Shown here piece by piece: positions 57,201 to 64,000 of a stretch of 64,000 bases of DNA. The stretch comes from Fulvivirga sp. GTDB taxonomy: Bacteria; Bacteroidota; Bacteroidia; Cytophagales; Cyclobacteriaceae. The notes beneath the pieces are model-generated. The model did no database searches and was not told the DNA's origin. It was given only the letters and a program-made list of their open reading frames with translations. Within the stretch, counting starts at the first letter, position 1. Every line of letters begins with the position of its first letter. The DNA is taken from contig OZ245762.1 of assembly GCA_965227525.1 (NCBI GenBank), positions 3,515,641-3,579,640 on the forward strand, given 5' to 3'. Position numbers and translations under genes: made by a program.

Positions 57201-59249
57201 GAATTGTCCTGCATTACAACCATTGATTAAAAACATTGGATAGCGTCCCGTATTATTATATCCCAGCACTGGGTCGGTAGCAAAACCTATATCAATATCA
57301 ATTACTGATGGTGACGAATGCCCAAAAAATGTAATAAGATTAAGGCCGCTGTTCACCTCATCAGCTACGTTGATTAACTCTACTGTGCTATTCGTTTGTT
57401 TAGTTATAGTGGTAACGTCTCCACCAAAAAAATCATCTCTGGCAATTGTTCCAAATCCATTCATATAAGACTCAAAAAGACTTAATTCAAAAGTGGAAAT
57501 CCCTCCGCTTAAATGAAGTACTCTTTTTCGCCAGAGCTCATCAAAAGGAAGTGTTGCCATTTCTCTAACCTTATCAAGGTATTGCAAAACCTGAGAAGAT
57601 GTGACCGCAGGTATCCTTCCTACAGGCACTGCTGGCTCAAATGTAGTTCCATCCAAACCTGCTGTAAAGGCCATGTCAGATCCAGGATTTCCTGCAGAAG
57701 GTACTAAATCACGTAACCTTCTGGTGATTCCAAGCTTGGTGACTTCAACAAATCCAGCTGGATTTCTATGAAAATTATTACGAGGGTCGAGCCCTTTTCC
57801 AATTAAAAACAAGTAATCAGGATCACCCTCACTCACCATGAATTTCATAAAATTATATACCGCCAAGGCACTAACTTCACCATAACTGTATTGATTATAC
57901 AGCAAATCCATATCCACAGAAAGAGTATCAAAATTACCCCCCTCGGCAGACGCACGATATGCAGCATATTCTTCTATCGGGTCTTGTCCGTTTACAGGTT
58001 CCCTAAGTAGCTTATTAGAAATAATTATGTAGTCGTGATCTGCAGCATTCAGATTTCGGAAGGACACTCGCTTTAATATGGGTGTGAGTAACTCTGTATC
58101 TGAATATAAAAGCAACTGACGGTTTGCTGCTGTATTATCAACAATAGCATCTATAGTACTCCCAGTTTGGTTATATCCTATTCTTATAACATTATTTTTA
58201 TCCGTAACATCATAAAGACGAGCAGACGCTGGAGCGTTGTCTATTTCAATATATGACTTATTGCCTCCGTTAGGTCTTAAGTAGTACTTTTTAATGCCAG
58301 CTCCATTTGCATCAAAATTTTGAGCGTAGAAAAGCCTTACATAAGATACACTGATACGATCATTACCACTGTTAAATCCCAATGCCCTTACCCGTACGAT
58401 CAGGTTGCCTGAGGCATTTATATCGGTCCAATCTATTGAACTCGTAAAAACAGTGCTCTCATAATCATCAAAATCAACTGTGCCTAATGACCTTAATGCT
58501 CCGGCATTTGGTCCCACTAATATTTCCGCACTGTGTGTGACGTTATCTCTTCCCACCAATAGAACTTCCAGTTGTGGATCTCCATCAGCTGTCACTCCAT
58601 TTTCTACACCCGAAATGGTTTGATCTAGAAATTCATTTTCCTGAAACTGAGGGCTGGTCCATCCTTCACCAATATCGAAGAAAGTAAACTTTGTAACATC
58701 ACCACTATTAAAGCTCTGACCGGGGGAATATTGAGCTACATTTAACAATAACGCATCTTCATTGTGAGAACTTTCGGCTGGTAAACCACCTACATTATTT
58801 TCAGAAAAAGTACTCATTCGTTTCCCATTAGTACTAGTCAGATTATAGGTCAGAAAATATGCTGTTGAGTCAGAGTATAAATTATAAAACTGATGCGGCT
58901 GAGCGGTACTTGGCTGATAGAGGTTAGCATCTAATGTACCATCATTTTTTACTCCATAAAATTCTATAAAATCAGAAGTATTGAAAACCGCGTCACCTTG
59001 ACCATTGACCAGGATAGCTTGCTCCTCGCCACGATGAAATAATTGAATTCTCCGAGGGTCAACTGAACTGACCGGAAAGCCCGCATTAACAAGATCTGCA
59101 TAAGTAATTCTGTAAATGCCTACTTCAGCTACAGAAATCTTGTAATAGGATTTATTATAATCAATCCACTCATCGCCATAGGTTTGGGCATTTACTATGC
59201 TACCAAGCAGCGTAAGTAATACGGTTATATTGAATATTCTTGTTATCAC
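54216..59249 (-). CDS. porU2: C25 (gingipain-like) peptidase, PorU2-type T9SS sortase paralog
   Basis: Signal peptide, NEW-like GDEWIDY..YYKI, ADHDYIIISN, LFLIGKG, VPVGRIP, His in FFGHSS, Cys in INGCNAG, LLGDPA, and CTD YPYPNPFS..KLYLLR. Confidence 0.78.
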   Translation of the reverse strand: MITRIFNITVLLTLLGSIVNAQTYGDEWIDYNKSYYKISVAEVGIYRITYADLVNAGFPVSSVDPRRIQLFHRGEEQAILVNGQGDAVFNTSDFIEFYGVKNDGTLDANLYQPSTAQPHQFYNLYSDSTAYFLTYNLTSTNGKRMSTFSENNVGGLPAESSHNEDALLLNVAQYSPGQSFNSGDVTKFTFFDIGEGWTSPQFQENEFLDQTISGVENGVTADGDPQLEVLLVGRDNVTHSAEILVGPNAGALRSLGTVDFDDYESTVFTSSIDWTDINASGNLIVRVRALGFNSGNDRISVSYVRLFYAQNFDANGAGIKKYYLRPNGGNKSYIEIDNAPASARLYDVTDKNNVIRIGYNQTGSTIDAIVDNTAANRQLLLYSDTELLTPILKRVSFRNLNAADHDYIIISNKLLREPVNGQDPIEEYAAYRASAEGGNFDTLSVDMDLLYNQYSYGEVSALAVYNFMKFMVSEGDPDYLFLIGKGLDPRNNFHRNPAGFVEVTKLGITRRLRDLVPSAGNPGSDMAFTAGLDGTTFEPAVPVGRIPAVTSSQVLQYLDKVREMATLPFDELWRKRVLHLSGGISTFELSLFESYMNGFGTIARDDFFGGDVTTITKQTNSTVELINVADEVNSGLNLITFFGHSSPSVIDIDIGFATDPVLGYNNTGRYPMFLINGCNAGQFFNQDILFGEDWINAADKGAIGFIAHASFGFSSSLRLYTDTFYSIAYGDSLFINKSIGQIHQETARRYLENTPSIPVHITQAQQMVLLGDPAIQLFGADRPDYETNDDNVFAESFTPDPINAEQDSFLLKIIVRNFGITTNDSLKVSITRTLSDNTSVMMDSLYPSALFQDTLVFVVNNQIASSFGNNQFTISIDADNDIDELDETNNSAIYDLFIPLFGTKNLFPVDYSIVSSHDVRLLAQATNLFSEPRDFLFEIDTLNTFNSPALSQTTVNAKSLAEWFPSLLPDIPSNDSTVYFWRTKFAQPQQGESDEWVTSSFIYIKDGPEGWSQSVFNQYDDNALTGLSRNVFSKSLDFEETSTDVFIRTYGSENPADITDISVQFNGAEYNIDNLKRCRDNTINFIAFDKSTTVPYAAIPLIFQDPRTCGRRPQVINSYRRIEFESGNDDLIDYIDAINDGDSVVMYSIGNPEYSLWSSAVKTKLEEIGASTTEIEALQDGEPYILIGRKGVSAGDAMSFTTSTSPEDEQELSINETIEGVFSEGEMTSTIIGPATDWQSVINEIRVSETPVTDIVSVDVIGIDIDGNEVELLSNQTSKIIDISVVDASQYPYLRLRYNTSDPDNLTSAELKKWQVIYTGVPEGIIVLNDDFQMSQSLQEGVQLSASFGFMNISDKNFSDSLVVDYTIFNDDTRTSQKITQKIQSPSIGDTTNFSLNLSTVGKSGTNDLNVFVNPRVELEQYYENNIVDINNYLSVTEDNVNPILDVVFDGERILDGEIVSPSPLISIELKEDNQFLFKKDTTGFNVFIKESCETCTFERVPFSSPNVQWFEATEETDFKVEYKPEPLADGIYTLRVDAADESGNPSGMEPYSINFEVVNESSITNFYPYPNPFSTSTRFVFTLTGSEIPDQIKIQIMTVSGRIVREITQNELGAIRIGNNVSDFAWNGKDEYGDQLANGVYIYRVIVKSNGQDLENRSTSADKAFKKGFGKLYLLR

Positions 59250-60319
59250 TTCTTGTTTAAACCAGCTTTAATTGAAAAAACATGAGAGTAGAGAGACTCA
59301 GATTGGTCACCAATATCGGTAAGTGCATAATCGATTACTGCACCCTTAATATTAAAACCAATTCCGAAGTTGGGTTGAAATGTCATATAAGTAGATTCAT
59401 CAAAATCTTTTACCTCCTGCACTTTTCCTACTCCACCTCTGAGGAAAACTAGCTTTTTATAATTTACCTCTACACCCAAGGCAGCATCAAACGAAGCAAA
59501 ATCTGACTGTGCCAGTGTATTTCGCTTACCATCAAATGAAAAGATAAGGTCTGCCGATGCAAGCACCCCAAATGAATTGATGTGGAAATATCTCCCAACA
59601 CCTAGCATAGCTTTGGGTACAGTTATTTCTACAGAATTTTCCGGGATCTCATTTCCAGTTTGCGTGTAAATGTCTAGAATTAGTTCTGTATTGTGTGCCC
59701 ATGCATTAAATGTACCGGTGATATCTCGCACCATTAGTCCTATTTTCCATTTCTTTATATCTAGTTGAGCTCCAAGGTCTAACCCAAACCCCCAGGCAGT
59801 TGCAAAATTACCTGCCACACGATGTATCACTTTAAAGTTTGCTCCCATTTTCAAACCATCAAGAAAGTTTACTTTACGCGCATATGAAAGTAAAAAAGCA
59901 TAATCAGCTGCAGAGAAAAACCTAATCCTATCGTAATTTATAGCACCACTCGCATCGTACAAAAATCGGGTGTCAGGGATATCATCTACACCAAACCTAA
60001 TGATTGATACACCCAAAGCACTCATAGAATCTATAGGTGTTGCAAAGCCCAGGTAATCATATTTTGCAATACCGGCAAAATACTCGGCATGCATGAGGCC
60101 AAACTCGTAATCATTTTTTATTTCTAAAAGTCCTGCAGGGTTCCAATATCCTGAAGTAACATCATCGCTGATTGCCGTAAGACTATTTGACATAGCCAAC
60201 CCACGCGCTCCAACGCCAATGGATAAAAATTCATTACTGTATTTTGGAGTCTTATCCTGAGCGTTGAGGTAAGTAGCTAATAATAAAACCGATATGAATA
60301 ATAGTATTCTTTTTTGCAT
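59246..60319 (-). CDS. porV2: PorV-family outer-membrane beta-barrel (PorV2-type)
   Basis: KYSNEFLSIGVGARGLAM, SGYWNPAGL, RFGVDDIPDT, and terminal YSHVFSIK. GTGA overlap with the PorU2 start. Confidence 0.8.
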   Translation of the reverse strand: MQKRILLFISVLLLATYLNAQDKTPKYSNEFLSIGVGARGLAMSNSLTAISDDVTSGYWNPAGLLEIKNDYEFGLMHAEYFAGIAKYDYLGFATPIDSMSALGVSIIRFGVDDIPDTRFLYDASGAINYDRIRFFSAADYAFLLSYARKVNFLDGLKMGANFKVIHRVAGNFATAWGFGLDLGAQLDIKKWKIGLMVRDITGTFNAWAHNTELILDIYTQTGNEIPENSVEITVPKAMLGVGRYFHINSFGVLASADLIFSFDGKRNTLAQSDFASFDAALGVEVNYKKLVFLRGGVGKVQEVKDFDESTYMTFQPNFGIGFNIKGAVIDYALTDIGDQSESLYSHVFSIKAGLNKK

Positions 60320-60489
60320 TCCAGATCTCTGCTAGTATCGTAAATATAATCAATATCTATGTTGGAAAAATAATGCTTTGAGATTAAATACCTCCCTATA
60401 AAATATAGTAACACGTAAATTTAAAGTTTAGCCTACAATAAATACTTAACTTAGAATTTGAACAACTAAATTAATCCGATAAAACAATA

Positions 60490-62694
60490 GTGAGCAAGTC
60501 TGGTAAAACCAAAACAGTTTCTCCACCTAAGGAAGGAGGTCTAAGTACTTTTGAAGGTGTTTTTACACCTTCTATTCTAACAATACTAGGTGTTATAATG
60601 TATCTACGCTTTGGTTGGGTTGTTGGTAATGTAGGTTTATTAGGTACACTGATCATCGTTACTCTATCCACTTCAATTACTTTCCTCACTTCATTATCGA
60701 TCGCTTCGATTGCCACAGATCAGCGTGTAAGAATTGGTGGTGCATATTACATGATCAGCCGCAGTTTAGGGATAGAAACAGGTGGGGCCATTGGTATTCC
60801 GCTGTATTTTGCTCAGACCTTATCTGTTGCGCTTTACACCATAGGTTTTGCTGAAAGTTTTGTAGGTGTTGGTTTATTTAGTCATCTAGATGAAAAATTG
60901 GTTGGCATAATTGTGACAGCTGTAATTGGTGGACTTGCGTTATTATCGACCAAAATCGCGATACGTTCACAGTTTTTCGTAATGGCAGCCATTGCAATTT
61001 CACTGGTTTCTCTTGTGTTTGGCCAACCAATCGAAGAGTCACAAATAGAAATGTGGGGTGCCAAACCTGCTAACTCAGAAAGCTTCTGGGTTGTATTTGC
61101 GGTATTCTTTCCAGCGGTAACGGGCATAATGGCCGGTGTCAATCTCTCAGGTGACCTGAAACACCCTACTAAGGCCATACCAAAAGGAACCTTTGCAGCC
61201 GTAGGTGTTGGTTATCTTATATACATGCTATTGCCGGTACTCTTAGCCAGCCGTGCCGATGCGTCAACACTCATTGATGATCCGTTGATCATGCGAAAAA
61301 TTGCTTTCTGGGGCGATGCAATTTTGCTCGGTGTCTGGGGCGCTACGCTATCTAGTGCGATGGGGAGCATTTTAGGAGCACCAAGAGTATTACAAGCACT
61401 AGCTAGAGATGGAGTATTGCCACGGCCACTGCGATGGCTGGGTAAAGGCTCCGGGGCTGACGATGCACCAAAAGTAGGAACGATTTTCACCATCATGATC
61501 GCATTGGTAGCCGTATACCTTGGCAATTTAAATATTATCGCTCCCATCCTAAGTATGTTTTTCCTGACTACTTATGGTGTACTTAACTTAGCGGCCGGAA
61601 CAGAAAAATTTCTAGGAAGCCCTTCTTTTCGCCCAACATTTAAGGTCCATTGGATTTTTTCTGGCATTGGTGCTATCGGATGTATTGCTGTTATGCTATT
61701 AATCAATGCACTGGCTACAGCCATTGCAGGGGCTTTCATTTTTATCGTATTTATTTGGCTTCAAAATAGAGAATTGAGAACGGCCTGGGGTGATGTTCGG
61801 CAAGGTTTATGGCTGGCTATGATTAGATCAGCATTGTCTAGACTAAAAAATAATGTAGAACCTAAAAACTGGCGTCCTCACCTATTAGTGCTTTCTGGTG
61901 CACCTACCAAAAGGTGGCCTCTTATAGCGATTTCTAATGCTCTCACTCAAGGGAAAGCCCTTATGACTGTCTCCACAATATTAAACGAAGAAAGTGTTAC
62001 TCCTGAACGCAAACGAAGTATAGAAGCAAATATCAGGGAATACTTACTAAAACAGGGTGTAATGAGTTTGGTAAGAGTCACTTCAGCTCCAAACCCATTT
62101 ATTGGAGGCAAAATGCTAGTTGAGAATTATGGAATGGGACACTTGATACCAAATACAATTGTATTAGGCCATACTCAAGAAGCAAAGCACCAGGCCGGAT
62201 ATTGTGATATGATAAACCATTTTTACTTAGCCCAGCGCAATGTCGTTGTACTCAGAGATAATGAAAACCAAGTATTTCGGAATAAAAAACGCATCGATGT
62301 TTGGTGGGGTGGTTTAAATAAAAATGGAGGCCTTATGATTATATTGGCCCATCTTTTACAAAATAGTGCATCGTGGCGAGGTGCAAGTGTCAACTTGAAG
62401 CTTGTTATGCCAAACCAACAGGCGGCTGATGATGTTAGAAAAAATTTATCTGACATTCTCAGTAAGATGCGCGTGCATGTCTCCTACGATATTATTATTA
62501 GCAAAGACCGACCATTTTATGAGATTTTAAAAGAGAAATCAAGAGATGCAGATCTCGTATTTCTAGGAATGGCGGCACCTGATGAAAACTTCCAGTCCTA
62601 TTACGGTAACCTTATTGAAAAGACAGAAGGCCTTCCTTCAACACTTTTTGTACTGGCCACTGAAGATACTGCCTTTGGAAAAGTATTGAACTGA
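60490..62694 (+). CDS. Cation-chloride cotransporter (SLC12/CCC)-like APC permease
   Basis: GVFTPSILTILGVIMYLR (TM1), GGAYYMISRSLG, FFPAVTGIMAG (TM6), and cytosolic domain KNWRPHLLV..IDVWW. Confidence 0.85.
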   Translation: MSKSGKTKTVSPPKEGGLSTFEGVFTPSILTILGVIMYLRFGWVVGNVGLLGTLIIVTLSTSITFLTSLSIASIATDQRVRIGGAYYMISRSLGIETGGAIGIPLYFAQTLSVALYTIGFAESFVGVGLFSHLDEKLVGIIVTAVIGGLALLSTKIAIRSQFFVMAAIAISLVSLVFGQPIEESQIEMWGAKPANSESFWVVFAVFFPAVTGIMAGVNLSGDLKHPTKAIPKGTFAAVGVGYLIYMLLPVLLASRADASTLIDDPLIMRKIAFWGDAILLGVWGATLSSAMGSILGAPRVLQALARDGVLPRPLRWLGKGSGADDAPKVGTIFTIMIALVAVYLGNLNIIAPILSMFFLTTYGVLNLAAGTEKFLGSPSFRPTFKVHWIFSGIGAIGCIAVMLLINALATAIAGAFIFIVFIWLQNRELRTAWGDVRQGLWLAMIRSALSRLKNNVEPKNWRPHLLVLSGAPTKRWPLIAISNALTQGKALMTVSTILNEESVTPERKRSIEANIREYLLKQGVMSLVRVTSAPNPFIGGKMLVENYGMGHLIPNTIVLGHTQEAKHQAGYCDMINHFYLAQRNVVVLRDNENQVFRNKKRIDVWWGGLNKNGGLMIILAHLLQNSASWRGASVNLKLVMPNQQAADDVRKNLSDILSKMRVHVSYDIIISKDRPFYEILKEKSRDADLVFLGMAAPDENFQSYYGNLIEKTEGLPSTLFVLATEDTAFGKVLN

Positions 62695-62958
62695 CCCAGG
62701 TATTTACTTTCTCAAAAGCCATAATAAGTATTACAGCATAGTAAAATACTGTACATAATCGAACACTTTTTCGATATTTCAGTGTCAAAAATATCATTTA
62801 AATATTACTTAATATATATATTATATTAATTATTAATGAATTTGCTATACAAGCTAATATTTTTTACTTAGTACTTGGCCATACATAGTACCTTTTCCGT
62901 ATACTTGTCTAAAAGGTCAAAAACTCGAGGCATAGCAACCTCTACAAACACAGAAAGT

Positions 62959-63291
62959 ATGAATCTGGAAAACACACAAGTACAAATGCGCAAGGGCATT
63001 CTTGAGTACTGCATCTTACATATCATCTCTCGGGGTGAAGTGTATGCATCAGATATGCTTGAGGAGCTTACCTCCGCAAAAATTATGGTAGTTGAAGGTA
63101 CACTTTACCCACTACTCACCCGGCTGCGAAAGGCCGGTCTGGTTGAATACAAATGGGTGGAGTCCACTTCAGGGCCCCCAAGAAAGTATTACACATTAAC
63201 AAAAGAAGGTCAGAAGTTTTTGGACAGCTTAAACTCTACATGGAATGGGCTGGTACAGTCTACCAAAAAGATAACAGCTAAAAAACAATAA
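62959..63291 (+). CDS. PadR-family transcriptional regulator (PspC-associated type)
   Basis: Likely start MNLENTQVQMRKGILE at 62959. EGTLYPLLTRL and GPPRKYY. Confidence 0.92.
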   Translation: MNLENTQVQMRKGILEYCILHIISRGEVYASDMLEELTSAKIMVVEGTLYPLLTRLRKAGLVEYKWVESTSGPPRKYYTLTKEGQKFLDSLNSTWNGLVQSTKKITAKKQ

Positions 63292-63333
63292 CAACGGTTC
63301 AAAAAATTTCTCAAAAGAATAAATAAGAAGACA

Positions 63334-64000
63334 ATGAAAAAAAATATAAGTATCAATATAAGCGGAATTATCTTTCATATAGAGGAAGATGCCTATGAGC
63401 GACTGCGAGATTACCTCGGATCGATCAATCAGTATTTCTCAAGTTTTGATGATAGCCTCGAAATTATAGCTGATATAGAAAGTCGCATTGCTGAAATATT
63501 TCTGGCCAAGCTAAACGAAAACAAACAGGTCATCAATAAAGAAGATGTTGAAGAGCTCGTAACTACGATGGGTAGTATAAAAGATTTTCAGGCAGTTGAA
63601 GATCAGACTGTCGAGGAAGACAACACCTATTCCGATGAAGGTGAAAGTCAATGGAAAGACACCTCTTCGAAGCGCCTATATAGGGATGAGAAAAGGAAAA
63701 TATTAGGTGGTGTTTGTGCTGGTATTGCACATTATTTTAAAATAGATCCGTTGTGGGTCAGGCTTATCTTTTTAGTACTTTTCTTTGGCAGTTATGGCTC
63801 TATATTGCTCATCTACATCATTATGTGGATTGTAGTACCTAAGAATATTGATTTATCTGATGATAAGAAAATAAAAAAGATGTACCGAAATCCTGAAGAC
63901 AAGGTACTAGGAGGTGTTGCTGGAGGTATTGCAAAGTATTTTGGAGTAGATGTGGCTGTTATCAGACTTCTATTTGTGATTTCAATATTTCTGGGGGGAA
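63334..64000 (+). CDS. pspC: PspC domain-containing membrane protein, 3'-truncated by window edge
   Basis: Hand translation MKKNISINISGIIFHIEEDAY..ESRIAE, then two PspC motifs KRLYRDEKRKILGGVCAGIAHYF and KMYRNPEDKVLGGVAGGIAKYF. No stop before the window end. Confidence 0.9.
   Translation, partial: MKKNISINISGIIFHIEEDAYERLRDYLGSINQYFSSFDDSLEIIADIESRIAEIFLAKLNENKQVINKEDVEELVTTMGSIKDFQAVEDQTVEEDNTYSDEGESQWKDTSSKRLYRDEKRKILGGVCAGIAHYFKIDPLWVRLIFLVLFFGSYGSILLIYIIMWIVVPKNIDLSDDKKIKKMYRNPEDKVLGGVAGGIAKYFGVDVAVIRLLFVISIFLGG

Noticed and set aside
926-62797. Numerous 60-170 aa ORFs antisense or out of frame to long genes (e.g. 6460-6960, 22314-22736, 44298-44600, 48011-48343)
   Set aside because: They lie wholly within well-supported genes, show shadow-frame composition and carry no motifs.
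62860-62895. TAGTAC direct repeat upstream of padR-pspC
   Set aside because: It is a plausible operator, but two 6-mers alone are too little support without ortholog alignment.
62875-62958. Extended N-termini given by the ORF track (also 775, 22071, 34500, 40376, 54241)
   Set aside because: Downstream ATGs match family N-termini or signal peptides better, and the extensions are non-conserved-looking.
1-64000. Prophage, transposase, defence system, rRNA or tRNA genes
   Set aside because: No supporting motifs or cloverleaf/rRNA signatures were seen, and composition appears uniform by eye.

Overview
AT-rich, gene-dense chromosomal segment of a Bacteroidota bacterium. A Cytophagales-like assignment is inferred from the T9SS C-terminal domains, the SusC/SusD pair and the TAnnTTTG promoters. 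In order it holds: a split NtrC/NtrY-type two-component pair; a 1.6-kaa T9SS surface protein with seven 139-aa Cys-rich repeats; an SRPBCC protein; an M16 peptidase; a nested REP/MITE-like palindrome cluster; PadR plus orphan MacB/FtsX permease modules (one here, a second at ~37.7-40.7 kb); PD40 and UDG-like genes; an OmpR/HK/TonB-dependent receptor unit with a readable operator; an M43-MAM-MAM protease; a light-response island (B12-binding CarH/LitR-like MerR, ECF sigma, crtI-crtB-idi, an ORF-track-missed 56-aa ORF, photolyase, SDR, SRPBCC, crtZ, membrane lycopene cyclase); an S41 peptidase; fabH; a CAZyme-free susCD plus two lipoproteins; a propeller HK/NarL pair; porV2-porU2 (second T9SS sortase module); a cation-chloride cotransporter homolog; and padR-pspC (cut by the window edge). 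I found no rRNA, tRNA, CRISPR array, integrase or transposase. Family assignments come from recalled motifs, not database searches.
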